64,000 nucleotides of DNA from Streptosporangiaceae bacterium (GTDB lineage: Bacteria > Actinomycetota > Actinomycetes > Streptosporangiales > Streptosporangiaceae). The notes beneath the pieces were generated by a model. It worked only from the letters and a program-made list of their open reading frames with translations, did no database searches and was not told where the DNA came from. The translations under genes were made by a program, and so were the position numbers. Of the stretch, positions 49,976 through 58,829 are shown piece by piece (positions within the stretch are counted from its first letter, which is position 1; each line of letters opens with the position of its first letter). The DNA lies in NCBI GenBank assembly GCA_036267555.1, contig DATAVV010000383.1, forward strand, positions 5,443-69,442. Direction: 5' to 3'.

Positions 49976-51271
49976 TCAGCAGGGACCGTCGTTGTTCCAG
50001 GCCCCCGACGCTCCGCCCGGGACCTCGTCGTAGTTCCACTGGTTGGCGGTCCACTGGTCGCCGTTGTAGGAGACCACGTTGCCGCTGCTGTAGGCGACGT
50101 TGTTGACCCAGGCCGCGGCCGTGCAGCCACCGCCGCCGCCGGACGTCGGCGAGGGGGTCGGCGTCGGGGTCGGGGTCGGGGTCGGGGTTGGTGTGGGCTG
50201 GCTGACCGGCGCGTTGTTGGCGAACGCCACCGTGTAGGCGGTGAAGTCCCAGGAGTTCTGGGTCACGCTGCTGCACTCGCTGGAGGTCACGTCGTTGTTG
50301 TCGGGCGGGTTGCACTCACGGTCCCGGTTGACCGACCAGAACGTGTACCGGCTCATGCCGTTGCTCTCGGCGAAGTTCAGCACGGTCTGGAAGTCGCTCT
50401 GGTAGAAGTACTCGCCGGTGTCGGTCCGGCCGTTCATTCCGGAGAAGCCTTCGTACGCGTACGCCTGGGAGCTGGACCAGCCGAACGTGCTCATCAGCTG
50501 CGCGTTGAAGTCCTGTAGCGCGGTGACCTGTGAGGACCCGCCGCTGAATCCGCCATCGAACGGCATGATCGTGTAGTCGTTCGGGGTGAAGCCCAGGCTC
50601 TTGGCCTCGTCGAGCAGCAACCCGCCGAAGTAGTTCGCGCCGGTGGTCGTGGACGGCATGGTGATCGAGACGAACAGGCCCGGGTCCTCGGACTGCAGGA
50701 TCTGCGCCGCGCCGAGTTCGTTGGCGATCGCCGTGGAGTTCTCGATCTCCGGCTCTTCCAGGTCGAAGTCGAACGCGTGCAGCCCGTAGGTGGTGATCAC
50801 CTGCTGGTAGGCGGCGGCCGTGGCCGAGGCCGAACTGCAGACCTGGCCGAGCTTGGTGCCGTTGTACCCGCCAGCCGAGACGATGACGTCGCCGCCGTCC
50901 GACCGGACCTCGTTGATCACCGAGGCGACCTGGGTGTCCGATGATACCGGGTCGGTTCCGTCCCAGGCGGGGGCGCACGAGCTGCCGCTGGCCAGGATGA
51001 ACGCCATGTCGAAGGCCCTCTGCCCGGTCGCGGACATGACCTGGCCGACGTCGGGTGCGCTCGAGTCCAGCGTGCTGTAATACGGAGCCGACTCGTACCA
51101 GTTGGCGCTGAGGGCCGCCGCCGCCGATGCCGACCCGGACAGGGTCACCGACGCCACGGCCGCGGTCGCGCCGCCGATAAGGAGAACGGCCGCCAGCGCG
51201 GCCGCTCCCGTGCGCCATCGCCTGCGCGCCCACGGCACGCGGCGCAGCAGGCCTAGCGGGGATCGATGCAC
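49976..51271 (-). CDS. Secreted GH18 (class III/hevamine-type) chitinase-like hydrolase with (PT)n linker and C-terminal CBM5/12-like chitin-binding module
   Basis: GTG 51271 follows a GGGAGG RBS. A signal peptide is present. The catalytic motif is AFDFDLEEPE (DxDxE). The linker is PTPTPTPTPTPTPTPSPT. The CBM reads AAWVNNVAYSSGNVVSYNGDQWTANQWNYDEVPG. Confidence 0.85.
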   Translation of the reverse strand: MHRSPLGLLRRVPWARRRWRTGAAALAAVLLIGGATAAVASVTLSGSASAAAALSANWYESAPYYSTLDSSAPDVGQVMSATGQRAFDMAFILASGSSCAPAWDGTDPVSSDTQVASVINEVRSDGGDVIVSAGGYNGTKLGQVCSSASATAAAYQQVITTYGLHAFDFDLEEPEIENSTAIANELGAAQILQSEDPGLFVSITMPSTTTGANYFGGLLLDEAKSLGFTPNDYTIMPFDGGFSGGSSQVTALQDFNAQLMSTFGWSSSQAYAYEGFSGMNGRTDTGEYFYQSDFQTVLNFAESNGMSRYTFWSVNRDRECNPPDNNDVTSSECSSVTQNSWDFTAYTVAFANNAPVSQPTPTPTPTPTPTPTPSPTSGGGGGCTAAAWVNNVAYSSGNVVSYNGDQWTANQWNYDEVPGGASGAWNNDGPC

Positions 51272-51315
51272 GTTACCTCCCAGGAGCCGAATCGGGCGGG
51301 GCCGGGGCGGACTAA

Positions 51316-51330
51316 TAGGAAAGTTTCCTA
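51316..51330. promoter_or_regulatory. Perfect palindrome TAGGAAA-G-TTTCCTA flanked by direct CTAATAG repeats, 45-60 nt upstream of the chitinase start
   Basis: Read directly from the sequence. The candidate operator has an unknown binding protein. Confidence 0.3.
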
Positions 51331-51785
51331 ATAGTTTCTGCCTAGGAACGTATGCCTGCAGCCGGACCTGGTCAACCAAATGGGCCTAAAACCCACCGCA
51401 CATAAATCGCTCATAAGCCCGACATAACCCACCCTTAAGGTCACCCACCACGCCAGCAACGCCGTTGACCGCCCGGATCGGCTGGCCGCCCCGCCCCGCC
51501 GGGCTGCGGGTTCCGTGAGCCGTCGCTGTGGAGAGTCACGTGCTCTATGGCCACGCACGCTGGTTCCGTGATCGCGGAGGATGCCGTGCGCATAGCCCGC
51601 GCGATCCTCCACGATCATGAAACGCCGCCCGGCCTGGGCGCAGCGGGGATCCCTGACGCCCCTCCTTGCGTTGTCAGCGGGAATGATGGGTGTGGTGTGG
51701 CGAGTGTTGCCTGAAGAGGCACAACCTTGAAAGCACGCCGCCCGATCTGGGCGGGGCCGGGATTTTGCGGACGGGGACGGGAGTG

Positions 51786-51831
51786 CCCTTGGGCACAAAC
51801 CGCTGTGGGAGCAGCGGTTTGTGCCCAAGGG
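51786..51831 (-). terminator. Perfect 20-bp-stem hairpin downstream of marR-family gene
   Basis: CCCTTGGGCACAAACCGCTG-tgggag-CAGCGGTTTGTGCCCAAGGG. No U-tract follows on the minus strand. Confidence 0.55.
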
Positions 51832-51924
51832 GTGATATGTGGCCGGTATAAATCATCATAAAACGCCCCGAACCTGAGTCGGGTTAGTTGTCGTCAAACT
51901 CATCTTCGACGAAAGGGGCGGGGG

Positions 51925-52431
51925 TTAGTCGCTCGGGGTGCTGACGGGCGGGCTGCTGACGGGCGGCGCGGTGTCGGGCGGGGTGCCGACGGGCGGCGCG
52001 GTGTCGGTGGTGGCGTTGTGCTCGATCCGGGTGAGCAAGGTTTCGAGAACGGTGATCTCGTCGTCACCGAAACCGCGCCGCAGTCGCTCGTCAAACGCCG
52101 TGGCCGCGCCGCGCAGCGCGGCGAACGCGGCCTCGCCTTGCTCGGTCAGTTCGACCAGGTGCACGCGGCGGTTGGCCGGATCGCGGCGACGGGTGACGAG
52201 TCCCTGGGCGTCCATCGCGTTCAGGTGGTGGGTGAGCGTGGCTTCCCTGATGCCCACGGCGTCGGCCAACTCGCGCTGGTTGCGCAGGTCCTGGCTCTTG
52301 AGCGAGATCAGCACCAGCCAGAGCGGGATCGAACCTCCCGCCTCGCCCAGGGCGTCGTCGAACGCACGGCTCACGGACTTGGCGGTGCGCGCGAGCCGGA
52401 GGCCGATCGGCATGCGCGCGGGCTTAGGCAT
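51925..52431 (-). CDS. MarR-family transcriptional regulator with P/T/S-rich C-terminal tail
   Basis: The wHTH is LTHHLNAMDAQGLVTRRRDPANRRVHLVELTEQG. The tail is TAPPVGTPPDTAPPVSSPPVSTPSD. Confidence 0.88.
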   Translation of the reverse strand: MPKPARMPIGLRLARTAKSVSRAFDDALGEAGGSIPLWLVLISLKSQDLRNQRELADAVGIREATLTHHLNAMDAQGLVTRRRDPANRRVHLVELTEQGEAAFAALRGAATAFDERLRRGFGDDEITVLETLLTRIEHNATTDTAPPVGTPPDTAPPVSSPPVSTPSD

Positions 52432-52462
52432 GTGTGCAGCCTACCAATAGAAGCCTAAATAT

Positions 52463-52491
52463 TTGACACACAACGATTAGATGTCTAACCT
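52463..52491 (+). promoter_or_regulatory. Sigma70-like promoter TTGACA-17 nt-TAACCT, overlapped by palindrome TTAGA-tg-TCTAA (52477-52488; candidate MarR operator)
   Basis: The hexamers and spacing were read directly in the only AT-rich patch of the marR/SDR divergent region. The predicted TSS is near 52497-52500, at the start of the 8-mer array. Confidence 0.4.
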
Positions 52492-52493
52492 TA

Positions 52494-52623
52494 GCGCGGG
52501 CTGGCGGGCTGGCGGGCTGGCGGGCTGGCGGGCTGGCGGGCTGGCGGGCTGGCGGGCTGGCGGGCTGGCGGGCTGGCGGGCTGGCGGGCTGGCGGGCTGG
52601 CGGGCTGGCGGGCTGGCGCGGGG
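52494..52623. repeat. Microsatellite: (CTGGCGGG)x14 perfect plus degenerate flanking units (about 15-16 units, 8-nt period)
   Basis: Perfect units span 52501-52612. The flanks are gcgcggg and ctggcgcg-ggg. The array is non-coding because the period is not a multiple of 3. It lies between the promoter and the RBS/GTG 52638. Confidence 0.95.
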
Positions 52624-52637
52624 ATGGAGGAGGGCAC

Positions 52638-53429
52638 GTGAACAGGGAGGGCAACGTGAACGGGGGACAGGCGGGCGGCCTCGACGGCAAGGTGGCCCTG
52701 GTGACCGGCAGTTCGCGCGGGATCGGGGCGGCGATCGCCACGAACTTCGCCGAGCATGGGGCGGCCGTGGCCGTGCACGGCCGGGACGCCGCTGCCGTGG
52801 CCGCGGTGGCCGCCCGCATCGAGGGGGCAGGTGGCCGGGCCCTGCCGGTCACGGCCGACGTCACGCGGTACGCCGAGATCGAGGCGATGCGCGGCCGGAT
52901 CGAAGCCGAACTCGGGCCCGTGGACGTGCTGGTGGCCAACGCCGGGGGCAACGCGGTCCCGCCCGGGCCGGTCGAGGAGATCAGCGCCGAGGACTGGCGG
53001 GCGATCGTCGACGGCAACCTGACGGCGACGTTCCTGACCGTTAAGAGCTTCCTGCCGGGCATGAAGGAACGCAGGGCCGGGAGCATCGTCACGATGTCCT
53101 CGGCCGCCGCCCGCAGGCCGAACGCGCACTCGCCGGTCCCGTACGCCGCGGCCAAGGCCGGTATCCAGATTCTCACCCAGGACCTGGCCGCGCAGGCCGG
53201 GCCGTTCGGCATCCGGGTGAACTGCCTGGCCCCGGAGACGATCATGACCGAGCGCAACCTCCGGCAGATCCCGCAGGCGCAGCAGGAAGCGCTGGTCGGC
53301 ATGCACCCAATCCGAAGGCTGGGCACGCCTGAGGACGTGGCGGACGCGGCCCGCTACCTCGCCTCGGACGACGCGGCCTGGGTCTCCGGCGTGATCCTGG
53401 ACGTCGCCGGCGGCTCGGTCCTAGCCTGA
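52638..53429 (+). CDS. SDR-family oxidoreductase (FabG-like)
   Basis: A GGAGGAGGG RBS precedes GTG 52638 (alternative GTG 52656). VALVTGSSRGIGAAIA, ANAGG, YAAAKAG and the C-terminal WVSGVILDVAGG motif are present. Confidence 0.88.
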   Translation: MNREGNVNGGQAGGLDGKVALVTGSSRGIGAAIATNFAEHGAAVAVHGRDAAAVAAVAARIEGAGGRALPVTADVTRYAEIEAMRGRIEAELGPVDVLVANAGGNAVPPGPVEEISAEDWRAIVDGNLTATFLTVKSFLPGMKERRAGSIVTMSSAAARRPNAHSPVPYAAAKAGIQILTQDLAAQAGPFGIRVNCLAPETIMTERNLRQIPQAQQEALVGMHPIRRLGTPEDVADAARYLASDDAAWVSGVILDVAGGSVLA

Positions 53430-53541
53430 CCCCGCCGGCCAGCCCTCCGCCCGCTGATCTGAGCCCGGTGCTGCGGGTGCTGGCGGTGCTGGCCAGGCCG
53501 CGGCTGGGGGTGGGGGTGGGGCGCGGAGCCGTCAGGCGCGG

Positions 53542-53964
53542 TCAGCCGGCGAGGCCGCGCAGGGCCGGGGGCAGCGGCGTCGGGGTTCCCTCGCCGTCGA
53601 CGTGCACGGTGACCGTGCGGCCCTCGACGCAGACCTGGCCGTCCCTGACCGCCTGCCAGGCGTAGGTGACGGAGGTGCGGCCGATCCGCTCGGCCGCCAG
53701 GACCAGGTCGAACTCGTCGGCGAAGCACATGGGCTTGTGGAAGGTGGCCTCAACGTGCCGCCGGGGGAACCCGTCGGCGTTGCCCGGCGGGTGCAGCCCG
53801 AGGCGGCGCAGCAGTGCATGCTCGGCCGTCTCGGCCCAGCGGAACGCGGCGGTGAAGTGGATCTGGCCGCTGGCGTCGGTGTCGGCCCAGGCGACCCGCA
53901 TCCGTTCCCGGTGGCGGGCCGCGTCGCCCGGGCACGCGCTCGCCCGCTGACCCGGCTGATCCAT
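53542..53964 (-). CDS. Hotdog-fold acyl-CoA thioesterase (4HBT/YbgC-like)
   Basis: GAGGAGGGA RBS. VAWADTDASGQIHFTAAFRWAE is the catalytic Asp context. The length is 140 aa. Confidence 0.75.
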   Translation of the reverse strand: MDQPGQRASACPGDAARHRERMRVAWADTDASGQIHFTAAFRWAETAEHALLRRLGLHPPGNADGFPRRHVEATFHKPMCFADEFDLVLAAERIGRTSVTYAWQAVRDGQVCVEGRTVTVHVDGEGTPTPLPPALRGLAG

Positions 53965-54111
53965 GGCCGACCGTCCCTCCTCGGCGGGTTTATTCATGAC
54001 ATATTTCATCACGACCGTCAACAGCTGGGTCCAATGACGGCGGGAGCTGTGGCAATTTGGCGCGATTTGCGGTTTGCGTGAGCGACACTGGAGTCGAGGG
54101 GGAGGTGGTCG

Positions 54112-54813
54112 GTGGCGGAATCCGCAGCCGGAGCGCAGCGCGCGCCGGACCTGGGCGCGCTCTACGACGCCCGCCGCGACGTCTACTACACCAAACCCGT
54201 CCTGCGCGGCTGGCTGCACCTGCTGTGGTTCGAGGCCTCGCTGGTGCTCGGGACGCTGCTGCTGGTCCACGTGCGCGGCACCGCGCAGGTCACGGCCGTG
54301 GCCGTCTACGCGGCCAGCGTCAGCGCCCTGTTCGGGATCAGCGCCCTCTATCACCGGGGCAACTGGACCGAAACCTGGCGCCGCCGGCTGCAGCGCCTCG
54401 ACCATGCGATGATCTTCTTCTTGATCGCGGGCACCGCCACCCCCGCGTTCCTGGTCGCGATGCGCGGGACCGTCGGGCTGACGTGCCTGATCCTGGTCTG
54501 GTCGCTCACGCTGGGCGCGGGCGCGTTCCACATGGCGTGGATGGGCCTGCCCGAACGGCTGATGGGCGCGATCTTCCTGGTACTGGGCTGGGTCGCGGGC
54601 CTGGCCCTGCCCGAGGTGTGGATCCACGCGGGCGTCGTGCCCGGGGTGCTGATGCTCGTCGGCGGCCTGCTGTACACGATCGGGGCGCTCTCCTACCACC
54701 GGCGCTGGCCCGACCCTGTGCCCTCGGTCTTCGGCTACCACGAGGTCTTTCACACCTTCGTGTGTGCCGCCGCGACGTGCCAGTACATCGCGATTGCGTT
54801 GCTTGTCAGCTGA
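54112..54813 (+). CDS. Hemolysin III / PAQR-family membrane protein
   Basis: GTG start with a GGGGGAGG RBS. There are 7 TM helices. LYHRGNW, RLDHAMIFFLIAGTATP and HEVFHTFV motifs are present. Confidence 0.85.
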   Translation: MAESAAGAQRAPDLGALYDARRDVYYTKPVLRGWLHLLWFEASLVLGTLLLVHVRGTAQVTAVAVYAASVSALFGISALYHRGNWTETWRRRLQRLDHAMIFFLIAGTATPAFLVAMRGTVGLTCLILVWSLTLGAGAFHMAWMGLPERLMGAIFLVLGWVAGLALPEVWIHAGVVPGVLMLVGGLLYTIGALSYHRRWPDPVPSVFGYHEVFHTFVCAAATCQYIAIALLVS

Positions 54814-54917
54814 AGGCGGCCCCTGTCGCCCCATGACAACCGGATTGGCCTGGTCAGCGTCCTACATTGATGCGGATATGTCACTCCTGGCTGACGCGCC
54901 CAGGCAGAAGGACACCG

Positions 54918-55556
54918 ATGACCTCATCCTCAGGCGCGCCCCGGCGGTCCAGGCTGACGTCCGCCTGGCGTGCCGTGATCACCGCCGCCTGCGGCGCGGT
55001 GCTCGTCTCGGCCTGTTCCGCCTCGCCCAGCCCGTCCGTCACGCCCTCTAACGCGGCATCGGCCACTCCGGCGGGCTCCTCGGCGAGTGGGCCGCCCTTG
55101 CCGGTCACGTCGCCGGCCGCCGCCGGCACGGTCCCGTGCCCGACCCACGCGCTCGGGCTGCGGGCCGGAACCAGCCAGGGGGCGGCCGGAAGCACCAGCC
55201 AGGTGCTGGAATTCACGAACATCTCCAAGGCCACCTGCACGCTGTACGGCTACCCGGGTGCCCTGTTCGCCTCGGCCCCGAGTCCGAGCGGCCAGATCGG
55301 CGCCGCGGCCAAGGAGAGCTCGGCGGCCCCGCGGCAACTGGTCACGCTCGCGCCCGGCGGCATCGCCCACGCCCAACTGCAGATCGTCCAGGCCGGCAAC
55401 TTCGCGCGCGCCAACTGCCAGCCGACCACGGCGCGCTGGCTGGTGATCTTCCCGCCGGACCAGGCGACGCCCATCTATCTGCGCTACTCCTCGCCCACGT
55501 GCCAGAAGCCGGTGCAGATCCTGACCATCAGCGTGGTCAAGCCCGGCTCGCGGTAA
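54918..55556 (+). CDS. DUF4232-like lipoprotein
   Basis: ATG 54918 follows a GAAGGA RBS. The lipobox is LVSAC. CTLYGYPG and ANCQP motifs are present. Confidence 0.7.
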   Translation: MTSSSGAPRRSRLTSAWRAVITAACGAVLVSACSASPSPSVTPSNAASATPAGSSASGPPLPVTSPAAAGTVPCPTHALGLRAGTSQGAAGSTSQVLEFTNISKATCTLYGYPGALFASAPSPSGQIGAAAKESSAAPRQLVTLAPGGIAHAQLQIVQAGNFARANCQPTTARWLVIFPPDQATPIYLRYSSPTCQKPVQILTISVVKPGSR

Positions 55557-55569
55557 GAAGCGGCTCCGC

Positions 55570-57420
55570 TCACTCGGCCCGCAGCGCCTCGGCCACGGGG
55601 CGGCGCGCGGCCAGCCGGGCGGGCCCGGCCGCCAGCAGGCCGACGCCGGCCAGCACGCACGCCGCGACCGCGACGAGGACCAGCGGTGAGGGCAGCACCT
55701 GCGCGGCGGTGACCCCGGCGGCCGATGCGGCCAGCCGGTAGACAGCGATCCCCGCGGGCACGCCGGCGATGGCCGCGACCAGGGCCGGGATTCCCTGAGC
55801 CGCGCCGAGCGCGGCCGCGACCTGGCGTGAGGAGGCGCCGAGAGCCCGGGCCAGCGCGGTGATGCGCCGGGTGTCGAGCGACGCGGCCCAGGAGATCATG
55901 ATCGTGTTGACCGCGGCCAGCACGACCAGCACAACGGCGAGGACGAAACCCACGTCGCCCAGTTGCGCGTCGGCCGGGTTGGTCGCGCCCGGCACCAGCG
56001 TGCCGAGTTGGCGGGCCTGGCCGGCCGAGACGTCCAGGTTGAGCTGCAGGGCGAGCGCGGCGACGACCATGGCCGTGGTGACGGTCAGGCTGGCCGCCGC
56101 GAGCAGCGCGCGCCCCGGGCGGCGGCTGGCCATCCGCACTCCGAGCAGCAGCGCAACCGGCAGGTGGGCCGACAGCCGCAGCAGCCAGGGGGCGCGTCGC
56201 GGCGGCCGTGTGGTGGTCGCCAGGGAGCGCAGCGTGCTGCGCCGGGCCCCGCGGATGGCGGGCGGCACGGTCGCCGAGCCGGCGACCGCGACCGTGAACG
56301 CCACCACCGCCGTCCCGGTGCCCAGCGTGACCGGGGGCGCCGCGACCGCGCCGAGCAGCCCGGCGCCCATGCTGGTCAGCAGGGGAGCAATCCGCCAGCC
56401 GAGAAGCAGGCCAGCCGCGGCGGACAGCACCGCGATCGCCACGTGCTCGGCCAGCAGCACCGCGGTGACCAGCCGCGGCGTCGCGCCTACCGCCTTGAGC
56501 AGCCCGGCGCGCCGGCCCTGAGCGGCCAGCCGGCCTCCGACGAGTACGGTGACGCAGGCGGCCGACAGCATGCCCAGGCCCCAGGCCCCGGTGAGCAGGG
56601 CGGCGTGCGTGGTGCCCATGCCGGTCGCGGTGTTGCGGTTCTGCTGCCAGGTCCGGCACGTGAAGGCGGGGCCGGCGCAGTAGCGGCGGGCGAACGCGGC
56701 CGCGGCGGCCCGGCTGGCCAGGCGCAGGTCGACCACGTCGAGCACCCCGGAACCGGCGCCGGCCAGCCGCGCGGCGTCAGCCTCGGTTGCCCAGGCTTGG
56801 CCGATCATGAACTGGGGATAGGGCGCCCGGACGGTGCTGACCGCGAGCCCGGTGACCGTGAACGGCCGCCCGGACAGCGTGATGCGGTCTCCCGGGCGTA
56901 CCCCCAGGGCCTGCGCAAAGGACTGCTCGATGACCACGCCGCCTGGGCGTACCCACCGGCCCGCGGTGACCGCCGGGCGGTCTACCGCGGCGGGCGCCTC
57001 GGGCCGGCCTTCCACCTCGACGGCGACCCGGATGCCGCGGACGGACAAGCCCCCGGGAAGCATGTCCGTCTGGAATGGACCGGCCGCGGCCACGACGCCC
57101 GCGGCCCGGGTCAAGCCGGTCAGCGCGGCCCGCCCGGCCTGCTGCGAGCGGCCGCGCGGATCGGCGTAGAGCGCGGTGCTGCCGACCACGTCGGGGCCCT
57201 GGGTGGCGGCCTGGGTGCGGTCCCACGGCGAGTTGCTCGTGGCGGCCAGGGCCAGTGCCATGGTCAGCGTGGTCGCCGCGGCGGCCAGCGCGATGAACAG
57301 CAGCGCCGCCTGCGCCGGGCGACGCCGGATGTCCGCGGCGGCGAGCATGGTCACCAGCCGGCCGGTGCTCCCGAGCCGCCAGGTGCCGCCCGGTCGCCCG
57401 AGCCCCCCCGGCTCGCTCAC
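55570..57420 (-). CDS. ABC transporter permease, FtsX/MacB-like (two FtsX modules)
   Basis: GTG 57420 overlaps the ATPase stop (GTGA). The 616-aa protein has large extracytoplasmic loops and about 8-10 TM helices. Confidence 0.8.
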   Translation of the reverse strand: MSEPGGLGRPGGTWRLGSTGRLVTMLAAADIRRRPAQAALLFIALAAAATTLTMALALAATSNSPWDRTQAATQGPDVVGSTALYADPRGRSQQAGRAALTGLTRAAGVVAAAGPFQTDMLPGGLSVRGIRVAVEVEGRPEAPAAVDRPAVTAGRWVRPGGVVIEQSFAQALGVRPGDRITLSGRPFTVTGLAVSTVRAPYPQFMIGQAWATEADAARLAGAGSGVLDVVDLRLASRAAAAAFARRYCAGPAFTCRTWQQNRNTATGMGTTHAALLTGAWGLGMLSAACVTVLVGGRLAAQGRRAGLLKAVGATPRLVTAVLLAEHVAIAVLSAAAGLLLGWRIAPLLTSMGAGLLGAVAAPPVTLGTGTAVVAFTVAVAGSATVPPAIRGARRSTLRSLATTTRPPRRAPWLLRLSAHLPVALLLGVRMASRRPGRALLAAASLTVTTAMVVAALALQLNLDVSAGQARQLGTLVPGATNPADAQLGDVGFVLAVVLVVLAAVNTIMISWAASLDTRRITALARALGASSRQVAAALGAAQGIPALVAAIAGVPAGIAVYRLAASAAGVTAAQVLPSPLVLVAVAACVLAGVGLLAAGPARLAARRPVAEALRAE

Positions 57421-58160
57421 GGGCCCAGGCCGGTGAGCGTGGCTAGGCCGGGCCGGGCTCTGGCGGCCAGGCTCAGGTTCTCGACGAACGACCCGTCCCG
57501 CATCGTGATCAGCTGGTCGGCGGTGGCGGCCACCCGCGAATCGTGCGTGACGGTCACCAGTGTCTGGCCCGTCGAGCGCAGTTCGCCGAACAGGCGCAGC
57601 AGGTCCTGGGTCGCGGCCGTGTCCAGGTTCCCGGTCGGCTCGTCGGCCAGCACCAGCAGCGGCTGGTTGGCGAGCGCGCGGGCGACCGCCACGCGCTGCC
57701 GCTGGCCGCCGGACAGGGTGGCGGGCAGGTGGCGGCCCCGGTCGGCCAGGCCGACCCGGTCCAGCAGTTCCGCGGCCCGGCGCCGGGCCGCGCGCGGGGA
57801 GGTGCCGGCCAGCAGCGCGGGAAGCTCCACGTTCTCCGCCGCGGTGAGCTCGTCCACCAGGTGGAAGTCCTGGAACACGAAGCCGATCGCGCGGCGCCGC
57901 AACTGGGCCAGGCCGGACTCGGAGAGCCGGCTGGTCTGCTCGCCCGCGACCCAGATCTCGCCCGCGTCCGGCCGCTCCAGCCCGCCGAGCAGGTACAGCA
58001 GGGTGGATTTCCCGCAGCCGCTCGGGCCCATGATCCCGGTGGACTCGCCGGCCACGAGTTCCAGGCTGACGTCGTCGACCGCTTGCACGAGCGCGTCACC
58101 GCGCCCGTAACGCTTGCGCAGGGCCTTGGCCCGCAGCACGGCGTGCGTCTCAGTCGTCAT
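57417..58160 (-). CDS. ABC transporter ATP-binding protein (MacB/LolD-like)
   Basis: AGGGAG RBS. Walker A is GPSGCGKSTLL. The signature is LSGGQRQRVAVARAL. Walker B is LLVLADEPTGNLD. Confidence 0.92.
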   Translation of the reverse strand: MTTETHAVLRAKALRKRYGRGDALVQAVDDVSLELVAGESTGIMGPSGCGKSTLLYLLGGLERPDAGEIWVAGEQTSRLSESGLAQLRRRAIGFVFQDFHLVDELTAAENVELPALLAGTSPRAARRRAAELLDRVGLADRGRHLPATLSGGQRQRVAVARALANQPLLVLADEPTGNLDTAATQDLLRLFGELRSTGQTLVTVTHDSRVAATADQLITMRDGSFVENLSLAARARPGLATLTGLGP

Positions 58161-58200
58161 CGGTGCTCCCTGTCGGCAGCGCGGGGTCACAAGTGCGGGG

Positions 58201-58740
58201 TCAGGTGAGACGGCGCCGGGCCCAGTATCCCTCGCACGCCTCGAGCCAGCGCACGTCCGCCTGCAGCCGCAGCACGGTGCCTTCGAGCACCACCGCCGCT
58301 GCCGAGTCCGCTGGCTGGGCGAGCGCGGCGCGCTCGGCGTCGCTGAGCTGGCGCAGCAGTTCGCGTCGCTGGGCGTCGATCAGCTCCACCGGGTCGGCCA
58401 GGCGCCCGGCCGCGGCGGCCACGAGCTTGAGGTGGAACTCGCTCGGCGCCGGGCGCGGCCAGGCCACGACGCCCAGCCAGTGCGCGACGCGCTCCTGGCC
58501 CCCGGGCGTCAGCTCGTAGACCTTGCGGTCCGGCCGCTCGGCCTGCCCGACGCGGTGCGCGACCACAAGCCCGGCCCGTTCCAGGCGGCCGAGCGTGACG
58601 TAGATCTGGGCCGCGCTGAGGTCACCGCCGAGCGACCCCAGGGCGTCGCGCATCCTCGCGTGCAGCTCGTAGCCGTGCGAGGGCTCCTTGGACAGCAGGG
58701 CCAGCACAATGTCCTGCACGGGCATCACTCCTTCGTACAT
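58201..58740 (-). CDS. PadR-family transcriptional regulator
   Basis: The wHTH is LALLSKEPSHGYELHARMRD. The start is ambiguous (58740 or 58725). Confidence 0.85.
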   Translation of the reverse strand: MYEGVMPVQDIVLALLSKEPSHGYELHARMRDALGSLGGDLSAAQIYVTLGRLERAGLVVAHRVGQAERPDRKVYELTPGGQERVAHWLGVVAWPRPAPSEFHLKLVAAAAGRLADPVELIDAQRRELLRQLSDAERAALAQPADSAAAVVLEGTVLRLQADVRWLEACEGYWARRRLT

Positions 58741-58829
58741 CCCCGCGCCCTACCGGTCCGGTAGCAGCAAACAGCGAGGATGGCCCGCAGGCAAGCAGAA
58801 TGCGCAGATCGGCCAGGACCGGGCCGGTT

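Noticed and set aside
52494-52623. Possible CRISPR array
   Set aside because: The units are 8 nt long and directly abutting, with no spacers, and no cas genes are present. This is a microsatellite.
52424-53326. ORFs translating the 8-mer array as (PASPPARQ)n or (GWRAGGLA)n repeat proteins
   Set aside because: The 8-nt period cycles through all three frames, so the apparent peptide repeat is an artefact. These ORFs otherwise overlap the SDR gene out of frame or antisense.
53455-53525. G-rich patch (GGTGCTG x3, GGGGGTGGGGGTGGGG) between the SDR and the thioesterase as a second G-quadruplex element
   Set aside because: It has only three strong G-tracts plus a weak fourth and lies between convergent gene ends. 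It is more simply a GC-rich terminator region.
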